Source: Guillardia theta CCMP2712 (Eukaryota > Protista > Cryptophyta). From it: a stretch of 64,000 nt of DNA. A program made the translations under genes and the position numbers. This document shows positions 24,134 through 35,865 of this stretch, piece after piece. Within the stretch, counting starts at the first letter, position 1, and the number at the start of each line of letters is the position of its first letter. The notes under the pieces were generated by a model. That model saw nothing but the letters and a program-made list of their open reading frames with translations. It made no database searches and was not told where the DNA came from. The stretch lies in assembly GCF_000315625.1 (NCBI RefSeq), contig NW_005434630.1, positions 186,001 through 250,000 on the forward strand, in the 5' to 3' direction.

Positions 24134-25990
24134 ATGGGTGTAGAGAGAAATATTGTCTTCCTTATCCTCATGCTGTTGAAGAATGCTTACGCTGTCTTCT
24201 GCTTCCATTCTCCCCTGCAAGGATTCAACCACCTGAAACCTAAGAACCGACTCTTCTACTCTCTAAGAAGCCAAGCGGCATATCTCAACGAGGAAACATG
24301 GAGGGAAAAAGTCTGGGCGCACAGGAAGAGAGTCTACGAGCTGCTCTCACCGGGGTTCCTCAGAGGAGAGGAGAGGAAGGAGAGTTCAGATAGAGGAGAC
24401 AGTGCTGTAGAGTTTGCCGCCCTTGACCCCCACAACCCCATCTACAACTTCCTGCTGGAATACTACAACGTCAGAGGAAGGAAAGGCACCAAGAGACTTG
24501 CCAGGTGGAGTCCAGGCTTCAATGTGAGAGAACGTCTTCAGCTGTTGCTGGGAGGAGGGACAGCTGCTGACGCCCGCGAGTTTCAGGTGTTCCTTGAGAA
24601 CGCGTCAGAGGAGGATGTTGAGGAAGCCTTGCTCTGCAGCAAGGGCACGTTCGTCACTCATGAGGAGATGGGGAAGCGAGGGCTAGTGTACAGCTTGCAA
24701 GAGCTGAGGAGTGCCGATGAGCTTGCCACGTACAACTGGTACAAGTCGATCTTGGCGTCGACAGCTGCGAACGCCCCCGGTGAAAGTTTGAGGGAGGAGA
24801 GAAAAATTGAGCTCAAGTCTTTGATCCTACAGTGCTGAATTGCTATGGACTGCATGAGTGGGCGATGCAATACCAGCCAGAGGGCGAACCTGACCCTCCC
24901 AGTCGGTCAGTGAGACGGAGGCAGAGGCAGGCTGGATGGAGGGGGGAGGGGGGAGGGAAAGGAAGGAGAGAGAAAGGAGAGAGCGAGAGAAAGCAAGATA
25001 GAGACAGAGACAGTTCTGGATGAGGGTTACTGGAAGTCTGATTGGTTGAATCCGAAGATCTTATCAGAAGCTCAAGCTGAGAGTATCGCAACAAGTTATC
25101 AACGATGCTGTTGAACAAAAGTAAGCTCGGTGGTTGTCTTCTTGTCTTTTGGTGCTGACTACCGAATTTCTCAGCGTTGTTTGTTGCACACATTTCGATG
25201 CCCTACGCTTCTTCGCACCGGCGGCAAAGAAGCTGAACAAGCATGGTAGGAGCCATGAGTTGAAATAAGATGACTTGAGCTGAGAGCTATCGTGAACGCA
25301 AAGATCCCTCATTTCTGTCGAGAGAGAATCAACTTCTGCTCGAGAACCCAGCGTGCTTGCACAGCTCCATGGATCTGCTGAAGATTGCGATCAAGCTCTC
25401 TCCCTTCGGAGAAGCAGGTTGCACGCTGTGTCGGTGAAGGAGTTTCCAAGCTGAACATGTCCGCACAGAAACTCTCGCTGATGCACTTGAAGTCAGCATA
25501 ATGTCTCGCACAGTGAGCGTTTCTAATGAGTGCCGTGCAAACTTCTGATCTTCTTTGGTCAGCTGGATGTCGCGGCTTCACCTTACGATGCGAGAGATTA
25601 CGGGTGAGGAGGTGAAGGCCCGATGGCTGTCATGATGATGGAAATGCAGACTATCTCCCATCATGATCGAGACTGCCGAAGGGAAGAGCGTGTACAAGGC
25701 GCAACAAGTGAAGCTCTTCAACAGCTTTTGATGGAGCTTTGACACTTTTGAAGATAAAGTTGATGAAGCCGGCTGCCAGCGTCCGGGAATCTCTCTTGAA
25801 TCAGGTTTATTACGTCAAGGTTCTTATAATCTACTGACATCATCTTACAAGTATGAAACATTCCTGAAGAGTTTTGATACCACAAGGTAAACGAGAAGTG
25901 CTGTTCTCACTCTATCTGCTCTGATCATCTTTCCTCAGCCCTGTTCGTGTTCCTGGGAGTCACAAATCGGCGCAGGAAGGCACTGTTTGA
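24134..25990 (+). CDS. Homologue of the bacterial (mainly actinobacterial) family annotated '3-methyladenine DNA glycosylase'; bipartite leader; multi-exon
   Basis: HNPIYNFLLEYY, LARWSPGF, CYGLHEWAMQY, CCTHFDALRFF, NPACLHSSMDLLK, DVAASPYD match that family's motifs. Leader MGVERNIVFLILMLLKNAYAVFCFHSP. The 3' end is 25890 or about 25990. Confidence 0.75.
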
Positions 25991-26107
25991 CCTCCTATGA
26001 ACAAACGTGCTGGAAAAGCAACTTCTTGTCATCCGCAAAATCAGAACATCACATTTCTCATGACATCCCTGCAGCTGATTTCCGTTGCCCTCACCCGCTC
26101 CCTCCTC

Positions 26108-28423
26108 TCACTCCGTCTGCTCCTCTCTCCACACAAAGACCTTCCCACTCGAATTTCCTGCTGCAATGACTCTCCGAGCAGGATGGAAGACGTTGATAGA
26201 CGTGATGCTCACATAGTTCTGCTCAGCTCTCACTCTCCAAACCTTACAAGACTAACAGCTCACCTCATGCTTCAGCTGTCGAATCTTCTTCCCTCGTGAG
26301 GCGTCGAACACGTCGAGCACGCGAGGGTTTGCCATGGAGCCGGTGATGAAGAAATTCTCGTGGAGGGGGTCGAAGGAGCAGCCAAACGTCGACAGCCATC
26401 GTCCTGTTGTGCCGAACTAGATCATTCATCGCCCCATCTCCTACCTCTCTCTTAGTCTGATCTACTCCCCTCCCTTTCCTCCTCCTCCTCCTCCAGTTCT
26501 CACTACCAATGCAACTAAGCCTTCATCACATCATCACTAACTTCATCTACCGTCATCACCATCACCATCACCATCACCATCACCATCACCATCACCATCA
26601 CCATCACCATCAACTTCACCATCACCATCACCATCACCATCAACTTCACCATCACCATCAACTTCACCATCAACTTCGTCGTCACCTCACCAGTCTGGTT
26701 GTTATGTTGCATTGAGTGCAGCTCGTTGAAGGTCTGCGGGTCGATGATGCGGATCGTGTTGTCCCAAGACAGGGAAGCAGCAAACTTGCCGCTCCTGCTG
26801 AACGTGGCAGAGACGACTCCAGCTCCATGAGTCAAGTTCATCAAGTGCTGCTTTCCAGTCAGCTTCCTTACATCCCACAACTTCATTGAGCAGTCTACGG
26901 ACGACGTCATGAGCAGGAAATCGTTGCCAGGGTGGATGGCGACAGAACGGACGGTCTTGTTGTGAAGTTGAAATTTCTTCTCTGACGGCTTCCTACTGTC
27001 GAATAGCATCACACTCCCTCCACCCATCCCGCACACGATGCTGTGGCGGTCATGCCGGAAGGCAGCACAGGCTATGAAAGCGTCGTCGTCCTCCTCCAAC
27101 CGGAGAACTTCCATGAAGGACATGTGCGCAAGGTCGAACCGCCTGATGATGTTCTCGTAGGAAGCGGAGTACAAGCACGAGTCAGCACTATTGAACTGTA
27201 ACCACTTAACAGCGGATGAATGCACCCGGAACGACGACACGCAGTCGTCTCCTGTCGACCAATCGGGGGTGAAGATCCCGATATTGCCCCTCTTGTCTCC
27301 ACACGCCACGATCACATTCGCCTCGTCAGGATGGATTGCCATGGAGGAAATCTTCTCAGGAACAACCTTGGCCATATCCTTCTCGGCCACTGAGAGTGAA
27401 AGGAGGCCAGCAAGGTACTGGTCCTGCGACAGCTTCTCCTCTCCTCCCTCCCTCGACTCTTCGGCCGGCATAGACAGCGTCTTCATCCTCTCGAGCACAG
27501 CAAGTGTCTTCTGCAGATCCTCCTCTGCCTCCTCCTCCGTAGAATTTCTAGGTTTGATCTTACACTTGCTCACGGCGATGTCGCCTTCCTGTCTCTCCTG
27601 CTGCTCTTGCGGATCAAACATCACAGGTCTTAACCTCGTCGGTTCCCTCCAATCAGCCGGCAGTCCCATGCTCTCACCGTCAGGATTCTTTCCTTGCAGC
27701 CTCAGAGACCTTTCACGAGGAGGAACAACCTCGGTTGCTCTGTTGCTCTTCAGCCCTCGAACACGCGCCAACCGACCGGTCGAGCTCGACTCGACAGGCT
27801 TGAAGATGCTCACGTCTGGGATCTGCAGAGTCTGCAGGATGCTCTTGTTGCGGTCCATGTTGGCCCGCCTCATCCTCTCGTACTCGCTCATATGCGACTC
27901 ATCCTCCTCCCCTTCATGAGAATCTCCTGCCTCCTCCAGATTTTCTTTGATGCCCTCGACCGCAGTCATCGCTTCCTCTGCTTCCTTGACTGCGCTAACA
28001 AATTTCTGTGTCTTCTTGCTCGGAAACTTGAGAGTTTCTTTCTCTCCGAAGGCAGTCAGGTCGTTCACTGCAAAAATTTCTGTCGAGCCTTTGAAGAGTT
28101 GAACCTCCGCCTATCAAAACCAGATAAGTCTCAAGAACAGAGACCCTACCTCAGCTTACCTGCTCGTCTTCCAACTTCACGATCTTTGCGGGCCATGGGC
28201 CGCTACCCTTTATCTTCGCCCACACGACGTCGTGAACATGGAACTTTGCCTGCCCTATCTTCACTTCAAGAGGAGGTGTCGGGCTCTTTCGCTTCCTTGG
28301 AGTCGAGCGTTCACTTGATACGTCATCCACGTCTCTAGCTTCGCTTCCGTCTGCCCTCACTCTGTTCTGATCTCTCCCGGCCTTGAAAGGCTGCGGCTGC
28401 CGCGTCTTTCGCCTCGTGAGCAT
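26108..28423 (-). CDS. WDR76: WDR76/Cmr1-type WD40 protein with N-terminal PWWP domain
   Basis: FHVHDVVWAKIKGSGPWPAKI...FVSAVKEA (PWWP). MSEYERMRRANMDRNKSIL, RSLRLQG, KVVPEKISSMAIHP, GDKRGNIG, HNNQTG|RWLSTF, AAGNSSGKVFVW (Cmr1/WDR76 signature). Confidence 0.88.
26553..26676. repeat. (CATCAC)n microsatellite in a WDR76 intron
   Basis: Direct reading; starts just inside the GT donor following HNNQTG. Confidence 0.93.
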
Positions 28424-29021
28424 TTCTCCTTTAGGACAGCGACAGGATGCAGTACCCCTGCATCACCCGTATTCTCTTCTTCCGGTGAGTCTAAAATACA
28501 GGGGTAGGGTGGTACTAATACCTGCCTGAAAAGGAAACTCCTTTTTTTTGCGTGACCGAAAAATCATGGCCCGGCGCCGGCAGGACTCCGGGATTCGAGA
28601 CTCGGGTTCACTGATCGGACGGGCCCGGACTCCCGGTCCGTTGCATTGAATTACCATCAACCAACTATGTACTTGAACGCACCATGCCTCAGTTTTGAAC
28701 AGATGAAGGTCATTCGCACTGAGCCTACCCACTACGAGTCCAATGACAACTTGATACAGCTCTGTGCCAGTCTATCCAATTTCGGGATAGACTGAGCCAT
28801 CTTGAAGATAATAAACCTATTGTCGTATGCGAAGTTCCATCAGCCCAAGTGTCCAGCGGCCAGCTAGCAGCAATCCAGCAGACTTGAGCCGATCAGGACC
28901 TTCTGGTACGATGTGATTCGAACCTCTGGTCAGATTCCTGCTTGTAGAGCACAGCACGGCAGTACCATCCCTGTTACTCCTTGATACCCGGAACAAAAGC
29001 TCATTTCTGTACGTTCCACGA

Positions 29022-29636
29022 TCAAACTTTTGCATGCTTGCATATGCTCCCTCCCCCGCAGTCCTTGCATCGCGATCGGATCCGTCCGTGCCCGCATATG
29101 CTCCCTCCCCCGCAGCCCCTGCATCGCGATCGGATCCGCCCGTGCTCGCATATGCTCCCTCCCCCGCAGTCCTTGCATTGCGATCGCCGTCGCCCGTGCC
29201 CGCATATGCTCCCTCCCCCGCAGTCCTTGCATTGCGATCGCTCCCGCCCGTGCTCGCATATGCTCCCTCCCCCGCAGCCCTTGCATCGCGATCGGATCCG
29301 CCCGTGCTCGCATATGCCGCTTCCCCTGCAGTCCTTGCATTGCGATCGCTGCCGCCCGTGCTCGCATATGCTCCCTCCCCCGCAGTCCTTGCATTGCGAT
29401 CGCTGCCGCCCGTGCTCGCATATGCCCCCTCCCCTGCAGTCCTTGCATCCCGATCGCTGCCGCCCGTGCTCGCATATGCTCCCTCCCCTGCAGTCCTTGC
29501 ATCGCGATCGCTGCCGCCCGTGATCGCATATGCCGCTCGTCTTTCGTCGCTGCCTCGTTCTTTCATCTCCTTCTCTCTCCTCCCCCTCGCTCTCCTTCCT
29601 CCTTCTCTTGCGCGACCTTTCGTTGCCCGATGCCAT
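29022..29636 (-). CDS. Intronless Cys/His repeat protein, 9 x CEHGRxRSxCKDCGGGSI (putative zinc-binding), basic NLS-like N-terminus
   Basis: 204-aa ORF; 18-aa repeat with invariant C, H, C, C; RSRKRRRK at the N-terminus. Confidence 0.8.
   Translation of the reverse strand: MASGNERSRKRRRKESEGEEREGDERTRQRRKTSGICDHGRQRSRCKDCRGGSICEHGRQRSGCKDCRGGGICEHGRQRSQCKDCGGGSICEHGRQRSQCKDCRGSGICEHGRIRSRCKGCGGGSICEHGRERSQCKDCGGGSICGHGRRRSQCKDCGGGSICEHGRIRSRCRGCGGGSICGHGRIRSRCKDCGGGSICKHAKV
29037..29532. repeat. 54-bp coding tandem repeat, about 9 copies
   Basis: Direct reading; all six frames are open across the array. Confidence 0.95.
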
Positions 29637-29825
29637 GCCAGTAGTTGCTCATCGAGTACCTCATCCCCCTCATAACCATACAGTCCGGCTTAACACTGCT
29701 GTACACTGTTGATGGCACGGTGAAAAGGGGAGGCAGGCGGTGGAAGAGACCAGCTCTGTTTCATGCAGGAAGAAGTTTTCTTTGGTTGATATGTTTCTCT
29801 CCACTCCTTCTTGATGGGACATACG

Positions 29826-31973
29826 ATGACGAGAGCTTGTTTCGTATTCTTGCTTTGCCTGGTATGTCGTATTCAAACCGATGTGCATTTCGATAAATCT
29901 AGAAGCATGCAAGGAACAGGAATGATGGGACACTTTTCTCTTGTCCTCCATCTCAAGCAATCATTCCGGATTTCTCTGTCATTGCGGCTAAGGGGGAATG
30001 GTGTGTGTGACCAAGAAACCTCTTCGTGCCTGGTGAAGGAAGCAGAGCAGGTAGAGTCGGATGCTTGGGACGGCCGAGTGCACAAACAAGATCTGGAAGA
30101 GCTTGTGGATAAGGCTGCAAATTGGATGTATGAGGATCAAATCAGCGCAAATGCAAAAGATGAGCTTTTCCAACACCTTTTCAACGTGCTCATCGCACTT
30201 GCCCACATGGGCAAAGTTACGTTCTCGGAAACAGTGAGTTTGGCAGAAAGCATGAATGATCTGCGGAGATTGCACACTGACAACAGCAAGAATGCACAGC
30301 TCTCCTACTGTGCCTTGCTGTCGTCCATCGCAAACATGGCGAGGACAACAAATTCGACAGGATCGAATGTCGATTTCATGCAGGATGCACTACGTCTGGT
30401 ATCAGACATCCGTGCAAAGGGTATGAGCCCAGAGTTTCAAGTTTATGCCATCTTAGAGAGTCTGGTGGTCATCATTTGCACGAAGCAAGGATTGAACGTC
30501 AGGTCGAGGGTGAGTGATCTACATGCTACATGATGTTTGTGTTTCTACTAGCTTACATGGTTTTCAAGGCACTCGATTGCCTGGAAGAAGCAAGATCGAA
30601 CCAGGTTCTAGACCCTGTCATATCCGATGTTCTTCTTTGGGTCTTGCAGGGAACAAGTCCAGACGAGAAGTGGCAAAACATGTCGACTTTGTCTCAGAAC
30701 GAGTGCGCCCATCACTACGTCATGAAATGTGTCTTACACGCCATCCTTGGCGGACGTCATTGCTCCATGCCGCACGTCATTGCTGCTTGGCAGGTCATCA
30801 ACCACTGGGGGTTTGCAGACTCGAAGCCGATCCTCGAAACGATGCTCATGGCGGCGTTGAAGCTTGAACAGATCGGAGAAGCGCTCCCGATCGACATCAA
30901 GATGGTCATCGACTTGATGAAGAAGAGTTCTTTCACTGATCCAGAGATCTCCAAGGTCCGGATGGATTCGCTCTCTCTGATGATAGGTGCTGACGTAAGC
31001 AACGATCGGAATGCCGAAGAAGAAGAAATCTGGTTCCCCCAAGTGACTGAGGAGACGCAACCCGGCCCCGCGAGTGCCAACAATACCGAGACCCAATGGA
31101 TACTGGAGATGGAGAAGAAAGCGTTGGCTGAACGATTGGCCATAATGAGTGAGGAGGAGATCGAGGGCCCGGAGCCGCCTGAGAACTTGGAAGCTCTAGA
31201 AGCTGCAAAAAAAGAGCAAATGGATGCAAGTTTGGAAAGTGACGCTGGGAATCAGACCAAGGAAAGCGAGCTGAACATCACCTGGGAGGAGTGGGAGCGG
31301 ATTGCTGAGAATTGTTCAATTACAGTATCCGAGGTTTGCTCTGTCTGTGATGCCAGCGGGCGTGGGAGTGACTTGATTTGATCAAGGCGATTTCATGCGG
31401 TCGAATGGTGTCAAAACATGTACAGAAGATGGAGAAGGTCAGGCATGCTCCCTTGTTTGCTTCGATCTGACGTCTTGTGGACAGGATGCCGAACGTATGG
31501 GGGATCAGACTCAACCAAGTGAATAGATGCTTTCATTAGCAAGTTGTGAATACACTGCCTCCAGGGGAGTGCGTCCGCTATCAGAGTCAGTGTGATGTAG
31601 GATTAGACCAGGTGATAAAGAAAACGCCCTTGCAGCAGGACGATGAATTCAGCTCTGGCAATGCAACAAGGATGTCAAAAACACAATACTGCAAAGAGAA
31701 TTCACTGCCAAAACTTGCTCTCAAGTTTCGTTGGCAGAGCAGAATCTGCTCCAACAGGAGGTCGCTTCCCTGGCAGAAGAATGGACATTGACACAGCCAC
31801 GCAAATCCAAAACTACATGGAACTGCAGCATAGTGAAAGAAGGAAAGGTGATGAGAGAGGTCGGGGAAGGGAAGAAGAATCCAAGGAGAGATGAAGAATG
31901 CAAGGAAAGAGGAAAGGATCTGGTAAGAGATGAAGAATCTAGGACGTTGGGAGGAGGCAAACTCTGTCTGTGA
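29826..31973 (+). CDS. Hypothetical helical-repeat (degenerate PPR-like) protein with signal peptide and LRLRGNG leader motif
   Basis: ORFs 29811-30533 and 30530-31381 plus short exons. MTRACFVFLLCLVC leader; ALLSSIANMAR...DALRLVSDIRAKGMSPEFQVY is PPR-like. 3' end approximate. Confidence 0.55.
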
Positions 31974-32178
31974 GTGTTGACAACAGCAACTGATTGCACA
32001 CAACCATGGGGCCGGCAGGCGTGTAGAATCGGACCCATTCAAACCCAATGGGAAATGGAGGGTAGGGTGTTGACGAGTACCCCATATTTTCATTAAAAAT
32101 ACCTGGGTAGAGAAGGAGAAATTCAGAGATGTAGGGGGTGTCCCAAACCGAGGGTACATGTTAGAATGAGGCGGGGAA

Positions 32179-35100
32179 ATGGCTCAGAATGCCGCAACCA
32201 GGAGGCAACGAGTCTCCTGTCACTGATGACAGAGAAGAAGCATGTTCTATGTTTCCTGCTCTTGCTTTCTGAACCAACACATTCCTTGATGATCATTTGT
32301 GCACCCGTGGCGCTGTTTGCAACGCAGTGAGCAATATGGGAAATTCGAAATGAAACTTCTCACTGTCGTGCGGAAAATGCGATTGTAGGAAGTCTTGCGA
32401 TGTTTGTGTGGTTTCAATGTTGTGATTTTGTCATGATTCTTGTCTCATATTCGTATACATGCACTGACAGCGTGGTGAAGCCAAACAAGCCGGATGCCTA
32501 CGGCGGCTGGTCCAGGCCCATTCCCCAACCAGGTTGCTGAAAGGTTCTAGAACCACAACCTCTCTCACATGCTCTGAACAGCGAACATCCAAGTCGAACC
32601 TGAGGAAGGGCGGTCGACAAAGCCTCTCTGCTGTTGAAGACGGGCAGGGCCCGCAACAGGAGGGTGGCGATGTGGACGATGACAGACATGGCTCGGTTAC
32701 ATCCGAAGGGTCGAAGGAGAACATCGGGAATCAAATCAGGAAATATCGTTCAGAAGACAATGCAGAGTGTAACTCGAATCCAATCTCATGCTCGTCGGGG
32801 GAGGGGACCAGTTCGCAGAAACAAAACTTCGATGAGGTATCGATGCAAAAGCAGTTGAGGGCAGCATTTATTTTTATGTTAGGACAAAGATGCTCTGCAG
32901 AACGAGGTTCTTACCCTGAGAAGGAAATGCAGCGATCTAGATGCAGACAAGCAACAATTGCTACATTCTTTCAATGAGGTTAGAATGCACATGTAAACAT
33001 GACATAGACAGTTTGAAAGAAATCAACAGGTCCAGAATCAGTTGGAAGCGACATTGTTTGCCGAAGAGATTCAAGCTGAATTTCAGGATCAGGAGGTATC
33101 AAGGCCTTGAGTTGATCAAGTACTTGTGCTCAACTTGACACAAAGCAGGGTGTGAAGGACACAGATTGGCCAACAATCTGCAAGATGCAATCAGAGAAGG
33201 TTGAATAGCACTCGCTTCTATTATGCACTGACAATCATTCTTAGATTACAAATTTGTTGGAAGTGACAGAAGATCAGAAAGATCAAATCGAATATCTGCA
33301 GCAGGTTAGCAAAGTCTGATATCATGACGTACAAGTTCTGAGCCCCATTTCAGAGTTTCGACGAGCTACAGCAGGCTTACAATGAACTTTGTGATGACCG
33401 CAAGTGCGTCAAATTACTTCCGTGAACGATCTTGTAAAACAAACCTTTGCAGGGCTGCCTCTGAACTGCAAGCTAAGATCTTTGAGCTCAATCTTGAAGT
33501 TCAATCTCTGTCCAAGAAGTGTTTCCCTGCATGGAGGAGTTAATCCTGCGACTGATCTGTTGACGACAGGTTGACAGAAGCACAGAGTCTGAACTCTGTT
33601 GCTACGAGCGAGCTTAAGTTGCGCGCCCGACAGACTACGGCTGCGCAGAAGGTAAAGCGTCCTTTGTCTTTCTCAGACCTCAAACACCGAAATCAGGAGG
33701 TAGAACAGTTGAAGAAGGATTTGAAGCACGTCAACACCGAATACGAGATTGTAGAATTCTTTTCACATTTCTGCCAACCAGGACTAACATGAAGCAGCAA
33801 AAGGCGCATCTGAGAATGGCTAGGTCCCAGTTGTACTATTTCATAACCCTATTGAACGGTAAGACTGAAATGCCTTCATGCCCTCTGTCTGACAACACAT
33901 AATTGATGTAGAGGACGAGGGCCGGACCTTGGACCAGGATCCCAAAGAAAGCACACTCTCTCTCCCTCAGCTGGTAAGTTTCTCCTTCCGATGAGTCTGA
34001 GCTGAGATCGTTTAGCTGGAAAGCGTCATTGAAAGGCACGCGGCGTTGACGGCCGAGCAAGACAAGGACGCCAAGAGTTTGCAGAAACAAAATGAGGAGC
34101 TTACGGTGAGATAGTCAAAGAGGGGTGAAAGTTTACAGCTGTCCGCAGGAGCGCGTGACGTTGCTGGAAGAGGAGAATCAGAGGCTACACGATCGCAACA
34201 AGGTACGGACTCATGCTCCCCGCGTGAGCTACTGACCACCCGTTTCAGCGGCTTCAGAGTGTGGCTGTCATGAAGAGCGAGGAGGTAATGATGATCACGA
34301 CTGTACCTTTGAGCTGACTTTCAAGATTCCTTCCCTACAGTCCCTTGAGGTGGAGAGGAGGTACCAAGGTCAGCTCAAGTTCTGGAAGGACGCGGCCGAG
34401 GTCTCATCCTCCTTCCACTATGTCTTTCCCCTTATCTCTCCGTCCTCCCAGGCCGGCGCTCAGTGCATAGCGACTGCGGCCATTGAAAGCCCTGTGATGT
34501 TGACCCCCCGAGAAGCTTCTGAGTCGAGTCAGGACGATCTTTTCTCTCCTCGCAGCGCTAGCTCCAACGAGCTGCATGAGTCCTACATGAAGCCAACGCC
34601 CACTCAGATGCGCGATAAACAGGGAGGAGCTGAAAACAAGCACTGGGCAACTCCCTCCAAAGCTCGTGCAGCCCTTGACGAACATGACGACTCTATCGAA
34701 CCAGACTTGTATGCTCAGACGCTCGACTTAGAGGTTGCTTGACGCTCTCTTGCCTGTCATTGACCAGCTTCATGCAGCAGCCTGATCGCAGCTCCCCGCA
34801 CCCTCGGGCCTCCAAGGGTCGCGACGCCTCAAGGCAAGAGCACTCAAGGATCAAGACGATCAAGACGCGCGAGAGGAAGTCACCTGCAATCTTCCTGTCC
34901 CCGAGGACCAACGACCAGCCCAACTTCGTCGCTCCTTCCCCCATCCATCATCCCGTTCAGCGTCTTAATGATTCTGAGTTGTCCGGCAAAGTCATCAACG
35001 ATCAGCTGATGATCCAAGTGCTCCAGACCTCGGTAACCCGTCCACCCCCTTCAATTCCCTTTCTCCTTCTCCCTCTCCCTTCCTCCCTCTCTCTCCCCCT

Positions 35101-35397
35101 TCCCTCCTTCCTTCTCTGACCCCATCCATCCTCTCCCCTCCCACCTCCTCCCCTCTGAACCTCAGTCCGTCTACCTTTCCCTCCTCCTACTCTTATCATC
35201 TCCTTCTCCCTCCCCCCCTGGATCATTCCTAACCCCCTCCCCTCACTGCAGCAGGAGGAAGAGGACAGATGCCCATCCCCTCCCTGCCCCTCCTTGTGCG
35301 GCGGCCAGGTCACGAGAGCCTCGGATTCTCCTGCATGCAGAGTGTCTCGGCCCAGCGGGGTTGGGAGCGCCCATGAGTCCTGCACATGGATCCCTTA
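32179..35397 (+). CDS. Hypothetical multi-exon coiled-coil protein
   Basis: Regular short GT-AG introns; exons such as EVEQLKKDLKHVNTEYEI and ERVTLLEEENQRLHD; low-complexity S/P-rich C-terminus. Ends approximate. Confidence 0.55.
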
Positions 35398-35865
35398 AAG
35401 CTCGTGACGCTCATTCAGTTGTGCTTAAGTTCGTGTGTCTAATGAAGTATGCTATCGATTCTAAGGCTTGCCTCCCTCAATCGTCAACCATACTGCACTC
35501 AACGTCGTCCCGGCTTCACTGGGAGTCCCCGGCCCGGGTGATCGGACTCCGAGCCGCTCGGAGCCGCTGAGCCCGACTCGGAGCCCGCCTCAGTTCCGAA
35601 TAAACAAGAATGATGGGGTTGACCTTAGCCTAGAGGTATCACTAGGAGGAGTGGGGGGTGGGGGTGGGGGGTGGGGGTGGGGGGTGGGGTGGTATGTTGG
35701 TAGTTGAAGTCAAACCGCTCGGCCATGGCGAGCTACATGGACAAGAGCGAGCATGGCGAGGAGGCAGGAAGAGGGAAGAGAGGTAGATCGGATGTGGGTG
35801 AAGTGATCCCCCTGCCACGACGACAGGCATGGCGGAGTGTCCTTGAAGTCTGATACTTGTCAACC

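Noticed and set aside
26515-26690. Poly-His or MV-repeat protein tail
   Set aside because: Lies in an intron; WDR76 continues with RWLSTF in the next exon.
29037-29532. CRISPR-like array
   Set aside because: Contiguous 54-bp units with no unique spacers, coding in frame, eukaryotic context, no cas genes.
28817-29675. Five overlapping alternative-frame ORFs
   Set aside because: By-product of a stop-free tandem repeat; only the Cys/His frame resembles a protein family.
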